64,000 bases of DNA, taken from assembly GCA_002269645.1 (NCBI GenBank), contig NIVC01002279.1, positions 62,001 through 126,000 of the forward strand. The letters are read 5' to 3'. The translations under genes and the position numbers were made by a program. Below, in pieces: positions 49,501 to 62,336 of the stretch (positions are counted from its first letter, which is position 1; each line of letters opens with the position of its first letter). A model generated the notes under the pieces. It saw only the letters and a list, made by a program, of their open reading frames with translations, made no database searches and had not been told where the DNA came from. The DNA comes from Macrostomum lignano. Taxonomy: Eukaryota.

Positions 49501-52500
49501 GGTCACACTGAGAGCGGTAGCAAAGCCATCAGGTCACACTGAGAGCGGTAGCAAAGCCAGCAGGTCACACTGAGAGCGGTAGCTAAGCCAGCAGGTCACA
49601 CCGAGAGTAACTCACCAAAATTCCAGCTGACACCAGATATGACGCTGCTACCCCGCGAGATCCGGCCAGGCGACCAGCTGGCCTGCGGCGACTCGGATCG
49701 CACAGTCCGGTACAGCGCCGCTAGCGTCAGCGTGTGGCATTTCAACCACGCCGAATCGTGTCGGCATCGGCTACGATTGAAAACCAGCAGCGGAAGCGGC
49801 GGGTCCAGCCTGTTGGCCCTGACCCTAGCCGCGCCGGAGGGTGAGCAGATCACCCGCCTAGTGGTCAGCGATGCCAGCTATTTTGCATTGACTCGCAGTC
49901 GTAGAGTGTATTCCTATAATGAGAATTGTCGAGCCGGAGCAACTTGCTGCTCTAATGGAGGACCGCAACAGCAGCACCAGCAGGTCTTTGTTCGTGTGTA
50001 CACAACTGCCCAAGTGTCCGGTCTGTATTTAGGCTGCGACGGACCAGTGTACGCCTTCTGCAGCGACGATAGCGGCGCCATTGATAACAGCGGGATGGAC
50101 TTGAATGCAAATGGCTCCATTACTTGGAATAGGTTCGATTTTTTGTAATTTGACTGAATGCTGGATGCAACCTCTTTCTCTCTGGTCTCTTTCGCCTTCT
50201 CTCTGGTATCTTTCGCCTTCTCTCTGGTCTCTTTCGCCTTCTCTCTGGTCTCTTTCGCCTTCTCTCTGGTATCTTTCGCCTTCTCTCTGGTCTCTTTCGC
50301 CTTCTCTCTGGTATCTTTCGCCTTCTCTCTGGTATCTTTCGCCTTCTCTCTGGTATCTTTCGCCTTCTCTCTGGTATCTTTCGCCTTCTCTCTGGTATCT
50401 TTCGCCTTCTCTCTGGTATCTTTCGCCTTCTCTCTGGTATCTTTCGCCTTCTCTCTGGTATCTTTCGCCTTCTCTCTGGTATCTTTCGCCTTCTCTCTGG
50501 TATCTTTCGCCTTCTTTATCTGCCTTCTTTCGTCTTCCGTCTGTCGTATTCTTTCTCGCCATTGTTCATCCGCCCTCTTTCAGCGGCATATCACAAATCA
50601 AGGTTCACTTATTTTTTTTTCTTTACTCTCGCCTGTAAGATTTACGCACGTGAATGCTGGTGCTAGTACTCCTCTTCCATTATTTTATTTAGGTTTATCC
50701 ATTTCTCTCTATTGCAGCTACTTGGAGAACTGGGCAGTCATTGGCGACAAGACTCAGGCTCAAACGTCGATTGAGGCTGGCAGCGGCGGCCAGTCTCAGC
50801 AATCTCAACAACAACAGCAACAGAAGCAGAAACCAGCTGCAATGCCCGACTGGCGTCTGGCAATCGGCGAATTCGCCGGACTAGCTTTGCTGAGCCCCGG
50901 CGCGACTCTTATCTGTTGGCGATATTGCCGGCCCCGTAGTCTGGCTGCGCCGTATTGCGTTGAACTGACTGACCGATGCCTGCGCCAGCTGTACAGCCTG
51001 TTGGCTCAGCTAACAGCGGACTCGGCGCCAATCAATCAGGATAGAGAGTGCTCGGCCATCGCCTGTCTGGATTTGCTAACTTTGCAATTGTCGCTCTGTG
51101 TTGCTAATAAGTTTAGGTGACTATATATCAAAAGTGTAGTATATTTAATACTGTTGTTGAATAGGATGGATGGGGAGAGAGATGGAGTGGGTGGGTGCGG
51201 AGTGACGTGGGTGCGGAATGAGGTGGGTGCGAAGTGAGGTGTGCGCGAAGTGAGGTGGGTGTGGAGTGAGGTGGTTGCGGAGTGAGGTGGGTGCGGAGTG
51301 AGGTGGGTGCGGAGTGAGGTGTTTGCGGAGTGAGGTGGGTGCGGAGTGAGGTGGGTGCGGAGTGAGGTGTTTGCGGAGTGAGGTGGGTGCGGAGTGAGGT
51401 GGGTGCAATGTGAGGTGGGTGCAATGTGAGGTGGGTACGGAGTGAAGACCAGAATCAGCGGATTTCTCATTTCTAACATTTTTTTTCTGTCGCTTCCCCT
51501 TTCCAGACTGTCGGCAGAAACGGCCGCCCAGCTGAAATCGGCTATAGTGCACCTGGCCACAGGCGGCCTGGCTGGCTACGGCGGCATTCAACGCAGCGCT
51601 CAGGCCTGCCTGGAGAAGGCCTGGCGTCTCCTTCTGCCGACATCGACTGAACGAGCGGCGGCCCTGCACGACATCATGGAGCAGCCGAACACCCGCTACA
51701 AATTCCTTGTTAATCTCTTAGTTGATTCGCTAATCTGCGATCGTCGGCTATTGGCTTCGCTTGAAGCGCCGTCTAGTCGAGTTGATGCGGACAGGTTTCT
51801 GCGTTGCCTACTGTTAGTAGTGTGCAAAGAGGAGGCCGAAATGCTGGCCGATCCGGCAATGCAGCCGAGGTAGGCGATGCGGCATACTCTATTGGATTCT
51901 TTCAAAGTCTTAAAAGATAGCGTAAAACCCTATTCACACTACTAATGGTGAATTGAAGCACAATAGTTTTCTGCCGCAGTTTTGTCTGCGGGAGATTTTT
52001 TTACACCTAAATATGTTCTTCTCTGTCCCCCCTGGTTCCCCCTCTGTAGATGGTGCCCCCTCTGTAGCTGGCGCCCTATGTAGCTGGTGTCTTCTCCCTG
52101 TAGTTGGCGCCCCCTCTGTAGCTAGCGCCTCCTCTGTAGCTGGCGCCCCCTCTCTGTATCTGGCGGCTCCTCTGTAGCTGGCGCCCCCTCTGTAGCTGGC
52201 GCCCCCTCTCTGTATCTGGCGCCTCCTCTGTAGCTGGCGCCCCCTCTCTGTATCTGGCGCCCCCTCTGTAGCTGGCGCCTTCTCCCTGTAGTTGGCGCCC
52301 CCTCTCTGTATCTGGCGCCTCCTCTGTAGCTGCCGCGCCCTCTCTGTATCTCGCGCCCCCTCTCTGTATCTGGTGCCTCCTCTGTAGCTGGCGCCCCCTC
52401 CCTGTAGTTGGCGCCCCTCTCTGTATCTGGCGCCTCCTCTGTAGCTGGCGCCCCCTCCCTGTAGTTGGCGCCCCTCTCTGTATCTGGCGCCTCCTCTGTA

Positions 52501-55500
52501 GCTGGCGCCCCCTCTCTGTATCTGGCGCCTCCTCTGTAGCTGGCGCCTTCTCCCTGTAGTTGGCGCCCCCTCTGTATCTGGCGCCTCCTCTGTAGCTGCC
52601 GCGCCCTCTCTGTATCTCGCGCCCCCTCTCTGTATCTGGTGCCTCCTCTGTAGCTGGCGCCCCCTCCCTGTAGTTGGCGCCCCTCTCTGTATCTGGCGCC
52701 TCCTCTGTAGCTGGCGCCCCCTCTCTGTATCTGGCGCCTCCTCTGTAGCTGGCGCCTTCTCCCTGTAGTTGGCGCCCCCTCTGTATCTGGCGCCTCCTCT
52801 GTAGCTAGCGCCTTCTCCCTGTATCTGGCGCCTCCTCTGTATCTGGCGCCTCCTCTGTAGCTGGCACCTTCTCCCTGTAGTTGGCGCCCCCTCTCTGTAT
52901 CTGGCGCTTCCTCTGTAGCTAGCGCCTTCTCCCTGTATCTGGCGCCTCCTCTGTAGCTGGCGCCTTCTCCCTGTAGTTGGCGCCCCCTCTCTGTATCTGG
53001 CGCCTCCTCTGTAGCTAGCGCCTTCTCCCTGTATCTGGCGCCTCCTCTGTAGCTGGCGCCTCCTCTGTAGCTGGCGCCCCCTCTCTGTAGTTGGCGCTCC
53101 TTCTGTTATTCTGTAGCTGGCACCGTAGACCCATAGTAAGTATCGAATATTCGCATATTTTAATAATTTAAAAAGAAATACTGCGTAAAATTGATCAAAA
53201 GATGCTATTGAGTCTACTTATAGTAGCTGTCATCATGCAAACAATGATCTCTACAAATAAAAACAGATGGAGCCGCCTGCTAGACCTGCTATCCGAGCTT
53301 CAGCGCTGCCTAATCCGCAAGGTGTCCCGTTCGCCAGCGGATTCGATTCGAGTGCAACAATTATCGGCTTATACAACTGTGTTAGTGCAGCAGCAGTGCA
53401 ATTTATTAATTGCGGCTAATCGCGATGCTCGCGCATTTGGCCTGCTACGACTGCGCTACGCTGTCGGCCTACTGGAACGGAGCAGTTGCGGCGTTCTGCT
53501 GTCCGACCTGCTGCTAAGCCTGGCCAGCCTGGTTGCGGAGAATCGCGGGCAGCAGTTCGCCGGCCTGTACGAAATCGGCCTGCTGGTTGAGCCGCTGCTG
53601 GCCTGCTTGGACTCGCTGAACCGGCGCTGCGCCAATCTGCTGCGCGAGGACGCCGAAGATGCCGCTTTGCCCAGCTTTGGCGATAGCGGCGCCGCCGCCG
53701 GCGCGACAGCCTACGGGCGCTATCTGGAGGAATGCGTGGCGCCGCAGCCGGTGATCAGGCCGGTGGATGTGCATAATCATAACCTGCTTGGAGGCTGCTG
53801 GGTGAGCGATCTTTTATTGCTGCACTTTTGTTTGTACTTTTAGGTCAGCCTTCCTATGTACTTTTTGTTATACTTTTAGGTCAACTTTTCTGTTACTTTT
53901 CGATGTACATTTAGGTTGAATGTGTGTGTACTTTTATTTGTACTTTTAGGCCGCACAGCTTTCCTGTGTAGTTTTCGTTGTACTTCTAGGTTAACTTTAT
54001 ATGTTTACTTTTTGTCGTATTTTTTGGTCAGCTTTTCTGTGTAGTTTCTGGTGTACTTTTAGGTATGCTTTTTAGTTTCTACTCAATTTAGGAGTAACTT
54101 TTTGGTATTGTAATTTCTGAGTCTATTTAGGTCAGTTTTTAATGTGCCTTTCTTTGGCGTTGATGGTGTACTTTTAGATGGCCTTTTCGTGAAGTTTTTG
54201 ATGTACTCTTTGCTTAACTAGCTTTCTTGTATTTCTATTGTACTTTTAGATAGACTTTAGTGATTTACTATTGGTCAGATTTTCCAGCAGTTTCTGCCGT
54301 TTCTTTGGATCTGGTAAAAATTGTCTACAAAATGAAGCAATAAAAGTACATTTTCGCATATTAACTAAACAATCGTCTATCACAATCACCCGCCACAATT
54401 CCCACAGGTGATCATCAACGGCCGAGTCTACGACCTGCTGCTCATACCCGACCTGGCCCAGTCGGCCTATCGCGGCCTATTGCGTCACAAAGGTCGCGAC
54501 GCTACTGAGGCTTTTCACCTGTTAGCCGCCGCATCGCCGGGCGGCCCAGCCGACTCTCTGGAGGCCCTGCGTGCCTGCTACATTGGCGAGTATTTGAACT
54601 CCGATCCCGCCCTAGGCGAAGTCGAATCGCCGCTATTGCACGTCGAACGCTGCGTTGCTATGCTGTTCTCAGTTAGTTTGGCCGCGCTGTTTCGCGAGAC
54701 TGGAAACTGCCAGACAGCGGCGGCTGGAGGCACTGGCGGCATATTCGACAGTCTGCCAGAATGCGTCCTACGCTGCGCTCGAACCGAGCCTCGCCGCCTG
54801 GTGGACACGGAAAAAGAGGAAGCTGCGGAATCGGCTTCATCAACCCTGATGACAGACGACTCGGCCGGCTCTGTTGTTGTAGATTTGGATAAAAGCATTG
54901 CCGGTTGGCATGGCGATAATCGATTGTTGAAATTGCTGATAGCCAATCGGCATCGCTCCGCTTTGCTGACCAGTTTCAGCCGCCTGGTGGACTCCTGCAG
55001 TCGGGCCGCCGGCTGTCACGTGCCTGTCGATCTGCCGCCTGACCATCCGGTGCTGGCGGCTTGCCGGCTGGCTATGGCTGCCATGCTGCAGCTGTTGGAC
55101 TTGGGATTCTATGCAGAGTGAGTTCTTTGTTTTGTTGTATGAGCTGATCGGGGAGAGGGTGGCAGCTGAAGGATCGGGGAGAGGGTGGCAATTGAGGTAT
55201 CGGGGAGAGGGTGGCAGCTGAAGGATCGGGGAGAGGGTGGCAGCTGAGGTATCGGGGAGGGTGGCAACTGAAGGATCGGGGAAGGGGTGGCAGCTGAGGG
55301 ATCGGGGAGGTTGGCAGCTAAAGGATCGGGGAGGGGTGGCAGCTGAAGGATCGGGGGGTGGCAGCTGAGGGATCGGGGAGGGTGGCAGCTGAAGGATCGG
55401 GGAGGGAGGGGGTGGCAGCTGAAGGATCGGGGAGGGGTGGCAGCTGAAGGATCGGGGAGGGAGGGGTGGCAGCTGAAGGATCGGGGAGGGAGGGGTGGCA

Positions 55501-58500
55501 GCTGAAGGATCGGAGAGGGTGGCAGCTGAAGGATCGGAGAGGGTAGCAGCTGAAGAATCGGGGAAGGGTGGCAGCTGAAGGATCGGGGAGGGAGGGGTGG
55601 CAGCTGAAGGATCGGGGAGGGGTGGCAGCTGAAGGATCGGGGAGGGTGGCAGCTGAGGGATCGGGGAGGGGTGGCAGCTGAAGGATCGGGGAGGGTGGCA
55701 GCTGAAGGATTGGGGAGGGAGGGGTGGCAGCTGAAGGATCGGGGGAGGGAGGGGGTGGCAGCTGAAGGATCGGGGAGGGAGGGGTGGCAGCTGAAGGATC
55801 GGGGAGGGAGGGGTGGCAGCTGAAGGATCGGGGAGGGAGGGGTGGCAGCTGAAGGATCGGGAGGGAGGGGGTGGCAGCTGCAGGATCGGGGAGGGGTGGC
55901 AGCTGAAGGATCGGGGAGGGAGGGGTGGCAGCTGAAGGATCGGGGAGGGAGGGGGTGGCAGCTGAAGGATCGGGGAGGGAGGGGGTGGCAGCTGAAGGAT
56001 CGGGGAGGGTGGCACTAGCTGAGACACTGGACACTCGATAATAGACAAGGCCGGAATTACAGACACTAGATAAGAGAGATTAGAAACACTTTAATATTAG
56101 TGTTAGAGTCAGGGAGGCTGTGTGCACCCTGGCGCACTTTAAGCGACATTGTCACACAACCGGCGAGAGGCATTGCTGCCCATTTCGCCGAATCCCCTGA
56201 GCAGACACACAAACGCGCGGATACGTACACAGTCATACGCACAGGCACACACTCACACAGGAGTGTACAGCGGCCCTAACTTTATTTATCGTTAGGCATG
56301 TACACTTCACTGTGCATTGGGGGTTGGCCTTCGTTGTAAATCGCACGACAAGCACGAAAACCAAAGTTCGTACACAACAGCCCCAAATTAATGTGGCTGG
56401 TAACGGTATCAAACGCATGGATTTTGGCGCGAGAGTCAGATGCGATAACCGCTGAGTTGCTCTTAGACCCATGAATCCATCATGGATTAAAACAACCCAA
56501 GCAGTCAAACCCGAGTGCAGAGAAATTGGGTAGACTTTAAGAAAATCGATTGATTCCTAAAAAATGAGTAGATTCCAAGAAAATGAAAAAGATTTCTAAA
56601 ATGGTTGAATTCCTAGAAAATAGGTAAATTCCTAGAAAATGGTTGGATTCCTAGACAATGCGTGGATTCATAGAAAATGGGTTAGATTCCAAGAAAGCGG
56701 CTAGATCCTAGAAAATGAGTAGATTCCTAGCTAGAAGATAAGTAGACTCCTCTAAAATGGAAAGATTCCTAGAAAATCTTTATATCCCTACGAGTAGAAT
56801 ATCTTTGGATTCTTAAAAACTTCTAGATTCCTAGGAAATGGCGCAATATTCCTGGAAAATGGCAATATTCCAAGAAAGTGTTTAGATTCCTTAAAAATAG
56901 GTAAATTACTAGAAAACAAGCAGATTCCTAGAAAATGGGTGGATTCCTGGGAAATTTTACTTTCACACTGGGAAAAGAAGCAATTTTTAATGTGCTTTCA
57001 GCTCGAAGGACTTCAAAAGAAACTTACCGACATCATTTTTGTTCTCCTGTTTTTCTCCATATTATTTTTTTTCAATTTTCAGGCAACTCGCCACAGACTG
57101 GCACCAGGCCTCAAAAACTGACGACACCGAGCTGCCGCCGCCTGCGCCAGACGTTTCCGTGCCGTTCCAGCACCTGTGCCGCCTGCAGACCCGACTGAAA
57201 CAGGAGCTGCTGCGCCGGGCCCAGCACCAACAGGCCGGCAAGGAGGCCGCCTCCTCTGTGCGCCGCCGCTGCCTTTTCCTGTTGGAGAATTTCGATTGCG
57301 CCGTCGACTTTCTATCCCGGGATTCGACAACATCGACGTCTGCGTCGAATCGTTGGCGACGGGCGGCCGACGGTGTTCTGAAAGATTCGGCTTTGTTGAC
57401 TGCTCGCACGAAAACCGCGGCGTCCGCCACTTCGTCCGCTGCTACAAAGTCGGAGGCCGCGTCGGCGCGCTGGTCGACGGTCTACTCGGCGTTGCGCGAT
57501 TCCGCATCAATGGCGCGACTTCGCCGGCGTCTGCAAGGCGTTGGCGTTGATCGCCAACTGATGGACAAGCTTCAGGTTGGTGCCCTTGTTTGTTGATGGC
57601 ATCGACTGCGTCAGTGCCAGTATCTGACATTGGGGTCTGACGGTCAGGGAGTGCCAGTATCTGACATTGGGGTCTGACGGTCAGGGAGTGCCAGTATCTG
57701 ACATTGGGGTCTGACGGTCCGGGAGTGCCAGTATCTGACACTGGGGTGTGACGCGGAGTGCCAGTATCTGACACTTTCAGATATTATTATCTAGTTGGCA
57801 AGCAGAAAGTGTTTTTGATAGCTAAAATCAGTAATTATCTGAATGCCAGATAGTGCCAGTGTCCGAGTATTAGAAATTGCCATTATCTGACTTTTAGAAA
57901 TTGTCCTTTTTTGAGTGTCGAAAAGTGTTGTTAAATGCCACTTTCTGGTGCAGAAGAGCCGCTCTAGCCGCTATCTGCAACAACCAGCATTCAGACGCTT
58001 GAAGCAGCAGTTTAACCTTTAAAAAAATTGTAATCTTTTTTCTGCACCCACCTTGCAGGCCTTCATCCTAGGCCAGGAGCCGTTCGACACGGCCGACGCT
58101 CGAACTAGACTAACCCAGGCAGCCAACGTCTGCCTAGTCCGCGTTGGTGTGCTGCGCCGACTCCGACTCGCTCTGGTGCCCTGCTCAGCTGCCGATTCAG
58201 ATGAGACAGCTCAGGCTGATGCGGCTGGCCCCGGCTCTACTCCGCTGCTGGCTTCGGTGCGTGTTCACGGCGGGGTTTAACAGTGAATCGGGTCTCAGTC
58301 CCCTGCTTAAGAATCGGGTCTTTTTCCCCGTTTAAGAATCGGGTCTTAGTCCCCCGTTTAAGAACCGGGTCTTAGTCCCCCGTTAAAGAACCGGGTCTTA
58401 GTCCCCCGTTTAAGAACCGGGTCTTTGTCCCCGTTTAAGAATCGGGTCTTAGTCCCCCGTTTAAGAACCGGGTCTTAGTCCCCCGTTTAAGAACCGGGTC

Positions 58501-59166
58501 TTTGTCCCCGTTTAAGAATCGGGTCTTAGTCCCCCGTTTAAGAACCGGGTCTTTGTCCCCGTTTAAGAATCGGGTCTTAGTCCCCCGTTTAAGAACCGGG
58601 TCTTTGTCCCCGTTTCAGAGTCGGGTCTCAGTCCCCCGTTTCAGAGTCGGGGTCTTTGTCCCCGGTTTAAGAACCAGGTCTTAGTCCCCCGTTTAATAAT
58701 TGGGTCTTAGTCCCCCGTTTAATAACTGGGTCTTAGTCCCCCGTTTAATAACTGGGTCTTAATCGCCCAAAAATGCGTCTCGAGCTGTTGACTAATATTC
58801 CAGGTGCGCTGCTTCCTGCTGCATTGCTGGCTGGCCTCTCACGGCGGCCCGGACCTGAGCCTCGGCCGCCTGACCCCCAGCCTGGCCGGCCGCACCGTCA
58901 GCGTTCAGCTTTCGGACGAGTTTCGCTGCTTTGTAGCGGCACTAGGAAACGAACTTCGGCGCCAACTGTTTGACGCCGATTGGGAACTGGCGCTGATCAA
59001 TGGCGCCGGCGCCAACAGGACCGTGCACTTTGGCCAGCTGCCCAGCGCCGGCTGGGTGGCCCTGCTGCTTAATGCACTCATGCAGACTGATGCCCTCAAT
59101 CAGCTGGTGGACTCCGGCTTCTTGGCTCTGCTGCAGACTGTTGCTAGGCTGGTTGACGCGTGAGTA

Positions 59167-59197
<31 letters not shown>

Positions 59198-59540
59198 TTC
59201 TGTCTGTCTGTCTGCCTGTCTGTCTGTCTGCCTGTCTGTCTGTCTGTCTGCCTGTCTGGCTGGCTGTCTGTCTTAGTGTCTATCTGTCTGTCTGTCTCTC
59301 TGTCTGCCTGTCTGTCTTAGTGTCTGTCTGCCTGTCTTTCTGTCTGCCTGTCTGTCTGTCTGCCTTTCTGTCTGTCTGTCTGTCTGCCTGTCTGGCTGTC
59401 TGTCTGTCTGCCTGTCTGCCTGTCTGCCTGTCTGTCTGTCTGCCTGTCTGTCTGTCTGTCTGTCTGTCTGCCTGTCTGCCTGTTTGTCTGTCTGCCTGTC
59501 TGGCTGTCTGTCTGTCTGGCTGTCTGTCTGTCTGTCTGCC

Positions 59541-59585
<45 letters not shown>

Positions 59586-61260
59586 GCCTGTCTGTCTGTC
59601 TGCCTGTCTGGCTGGCTGTCTGTCTTAGTGTCTATCTGTCTGTCTGTCTACCGAGCACAAGCCACTCGCCATATCCCATTGCTCGCGCCTGCCACCGCAG
59701 AGACGATCCAGTTCGATCGCTGCCCACATCAGCCCCGGCCATGGGCCCCGTTGTGGAATCGAGCCGCAGTCGCCGCCATGTGCCCTACTCGCCACTTCAC
59801 GGCCCCGAACTGGTGGCCCTAATGAAAATCGGCACCCGGGTTGTGCGCGGCCAGGACTGGAAGTGGGGCCATCAGGTGAGCTTGGCGTCTTGCTTTAGTT
59901 CACTTAAGCACAGTTAGGAAGGCTGGAAGGGCGTACGGTTCACTGAAGGGTCAAGAATCCAACGGAACCTTTGCGTATCAATCAAATGAACACTAACAAT
60001 CCAGCGGCCCTCATTTGGGAATCCAATATCCCTATGACCGAATGACTCAATTAAAATCCAGCTTCCGTATGACCGAATGACTCAATTAAAATCCAAATTT
60101 CCTATGGCCAAATGACAATTAAAATCCAGCTTCCCTATGACCGAATGACTCAATTTGAATCCAGCTTCCCTATGACGGAATGACTCAGTGGGAATCCAGC
60201 TTCCCTATGACCGAATGACTCAATTTGAATCCAGCTTCCCTTTGACCGAATGACTCAGTGGGAATCCAGCTTCCCTATGACCGAATGACTCAATTTGAAT
60301 CCAACTTCCCTATGACCGAATGACTCAATTTGAATCCAGCTTCCCTATGACGGAATGACTCAGTGGGAATCCAGCTTCCCTATGACCGAATGACTCAATT
60401 TGAATCCAGCTTCCCTTTGACCGAATGACTCAGTGGGAATCCAGCTTCCCTATGCTATCCTATAACCATGACGGAAATCCCTTAGACTAAGCGAACACCC
60501 ATAAATCCCCCGATAAACCCGGCCGCAGGACGATGGCAACAGCGTTGGCACAATTGTCGGCGAACTAGGCGACGACGGCTGGATCCGGGTGAACTGGGAC
60601 AGCGGCGGCACCAACTCCTACAGGATGGGCCGGGAAGGCAAATACGATTTGAAGCTGGCCGAGCCCCCCATGATCTCCGTGGAGGACGATGACGATGACG
60701 AAGATTTTGACGACGACATTGGCGAATTTGACGACAGTGTCGATTTCAGCGACAATGATATTGACTACGAGGTCGACGGCGAGGTCTCGAACGTCGTCGC
60801 TGTTGTCGACGGCGCCGACCAGCGGCAACAGAAACTGGACGACGACGCCAGCAACGTCGCCGATAGGCGACATCGTCGACACCAAAACTATCGACGTCGT
60901 CGCCTATCAAAGTCGAAATTGTCGACCGACGCGCGTCGTCGACTTCAACAGGAGCGTCGGCGTCGTGCCGTGGAGAGTGAGGCCAGACATCCGGACTGCG
61001 GCCTGCGGCGGATCTGCTCGGCGTGGCGCGTCGGCCTGCTGCACCGGGTGGCCAGCCAGCCCGACTGCTTGGACCAGCGCTGCTGGGACCGTCTGGCTGC
61101 GTTCGTCTACGACGCTCTGGCCTCGTGTCTCGAAGGCGGCGATGCCGGCGGCAACGGCGGCTGGTTCAGCTTGAAGCTGATCCTCCGACTATGCTGTTGC
61201 AAGGCCTTTGTTCGTAGGCTGGTGACCGATAAATGGGTCGGCCTGCTGGTGCGTTGGAAG
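43571..61260 (+). CDS. HERC2: HERC2-like E3 ubiquitin ligase, N-terminal part (gene continues past the window)
   Basis: Exons about 43571-43911, 46475-47120, 48308-49171, 49627-50132, 50718-51116, 51507-51869, 53267-53801, 54408-55117, 57083-57575, 58059-58256, 58804-59159, 59656/59662-59875, 60529-61260; phases match. Diagnostic segments: [57 protein letters not shown], cytochrome-b5-like NHN..GGCW|[16 protein letters not shown]2 domain [52 protein letters not shown]. Start codon and last donor uncertain. Confidence 0.9.
43995..46470. repeat. 23-bp minisatellite AGAGAATCTCCCATCAGTCAG(TT/CC/TC), over 100 copies, HERC2 intron 1
   Basis: Tandem units with interspersed 19-bp variants. Confidence 0.98.
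47255..47495 (+). mobile_element. Probable 5'-truncated CORE-type SINE
   Basis: Contains CAGTTCACCCAGCTGTAAAATGGG, resembling the CORE domain, and an A/T-rich tail. No Pol III boxes seen. Confidence 0.45.
48013..48247. mobile_element. MITE-like unit (TA-flanked, CATGCCCAAC inverted ends) carrying a 28S rRNA fragment
   Basis: TA|CATGCCCAAC at 48011-48022 and GTTGGGCATG|TA at 48238-48249. Confidence 0.55.
48109..48172 (+). other. Degenerate 28S rRNA fragment (R2 / I-PpoI target region)
   Basis: GGGTAAACGGCAGGAGTAACTATGACTGTATTATTAAGGCTAAATATCTCGTCAGCTAATTAGT versus conserved 28S GGGTAAACGGCGGGAGTAACTATGACTCTCTTAAGGTAGCCAAATGCCTCGTCATCTAATTAGT (28S sequence recalled from memory). Confidence 0.8.
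49190..49605. repeat. 31-bp minisatellite GTCACACTGAGAGCGGTAGCTAAGCCATCAG, about 13 copies
   Basis: HERC2 intron 3. Confidence 0.96.
50172..50516. repeat. 21-bp minisatellite CTCTCTGGTATCTTTCGCCTT, about 16 copies
   Basis: HERC2 intron 4. Confidence 0.96.
51185..51445. repeat. 16-bp minisatellite GCGGAGTGAGGTGGGT
   Basis: HERC2 intron 5. Confidence 0.93.
52025..53120. repeat. 18-20-bp variable minisatellite CTGGCGCC(C/T)C..CTGTA(G/T)
   Basis: HERC2 intron 6. Confidence 0.95.
55146..56012. repeat. G-rich 24-30-bp minisatellite GGCAGCTGAAGGATCGGGGAGGG(AGGG)GT
   Basis: HERC2 intron 8. Confidence 0.96.
56105..56462 (-). mobile_element. tRNA-derived SINE, copy D
   Basis: Body and tail closely match copy A in reverse; minus-strand head AACTCAGCGGTTATCGCATCTGACTC...GTTTGATACC differs from copies A and B. 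Confidence 0.7.
57612..57775. repeat. 37-bp tandem repeat, about 4 copies
   Basis: AGTGCCAGTATCTGACATTGGGGTCTGACGGTCAGGG, HERC2 intron 9. Confidence 0.9.
58285..58760. repeat. 25-26-bp minisatellite TTTAAGAA(C/T)CGGGTCTT(A/T)GTCCCCCG
   Basis: HERC2 intron 10. Confidence 0.95.
59167..59650. repeat. Interrupted (TCTG)n microsatellite
   Basis: Fills HERC2 intron 11 almost from donor to acceptor. Confidence 0.96.
60030..60455. repeat. 35-bp minisatellite ATCCAGCTTCCCTATGACCGAATGACTCA(ATTTGA/GTGGGA)
   Basis: HERC2 intron 12; two alternating variants. Confidence 0.95.
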
Positions 61261-61384
61261 GTTAAAGTATTGAAAATTAGAGTACCTTTAATACTCTGAG
61301 ATCTCTTTCGACCTTTAACTCCAGGAGTGCATTTCTGTAGTTTCTTTAAATTTGGGCTGATATTCTTTCATATCTGAATTAAGT

Positions 61385-62197
61385 GGTATCTGGGGTGAGA
61401 TTCTATGGTATCTGGGTTGAGATTCTGTGGTATCTGGGATGAGATTCTGTGGTATCTGGGTTGAGATTCTGTGGTATCTGGGTTGAGATTCTGTGGTATC
61501 TGGGTTGAGATTCTGTGGTATCTGGGTTGAGATTCTGTGGTATCTGGGGTGACATTATATGGTATCTGGGGTGACATTATATGGTATCTGGGGTGAGATT
61601 CTGTGGTATCTGGGGTGACATTATATGGTATCTGGGGTGAGATTCTATGGTTTCTGGGGTGAGATTCTTTGGTTTCTGGGGTGATATTCTATGGTATCTG
61701 GGGTGAGATTCTTTGGCATCTGGGGTGAGATTCTGTGGCATCTGGGGTGAGATTCTATGGTATCTGGGTTGAGATTCTGTGGTATCTGGGGTGAGATTCT
61801 GTGGTATCTGGGGTGACATTATATGGTATCTGGGGTGAGATTCTATGGTATCTGGGGTGAGATTCTGTGGTATCTGGGTTGAGATTCTGTGGTATCTGGG
61901 GTGACATTATATGGTATCTGGGTTGAGATTCTGTGGTATCTGGGGTGACAGTATATGGTATCTGGGGTGAGATTCTATGGCATCTGGGTGAGATTATGTG
62001 GTATCTGGGGTGAGATTCTGTGGCATCTGGGTGAGATTATGTGGTATCTGGGGTGAGATTCGGTGGCATCTGGGTGAGATTATGTGGTATCTGGGTGAGA
62101 TTATGTGGTATCTGGGTGAGATTCTGTGGCATCTGGGTGAGATTATGTGGTATCTGGGGTGAGATTCTGTGGCATCTGGGTGAGATTATGTGGTATT
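61385..62197. repeat. 21-22-bp minisatellite TGGTATCTGGGGTGAGATTCTG
   Basis: HERC2 intron 13. Confidence 0.95.
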
Positions 62198-62336
62198 TGT
62201 GTTAATGTTGTCTTAGATGTGATCCTCAGGATGTAATTCGGAGGTACTCGGTGTGAGATAGTCCGTGGGATTTCTCGAGTAACTGGAACTGCCGCCCAGT
62301 TTTTTCATTATTATTATGGAACAAGCTGTTGAAACC

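Noticed and set aside
49172-49626. Intron gain by tandem duplication (31-bp unit begins GT and ends AG)
   Set aside because: Using the first GT and last AG of the array breaks the frame; a stronger phase-0 donor (49172) and acceptor (49626) lie outside the array.
50029-56066. Repetitive ORFs such as [30 protein letters not shown]
   Set aside because: They are intronic minisatellites of the HERC2-like gene.
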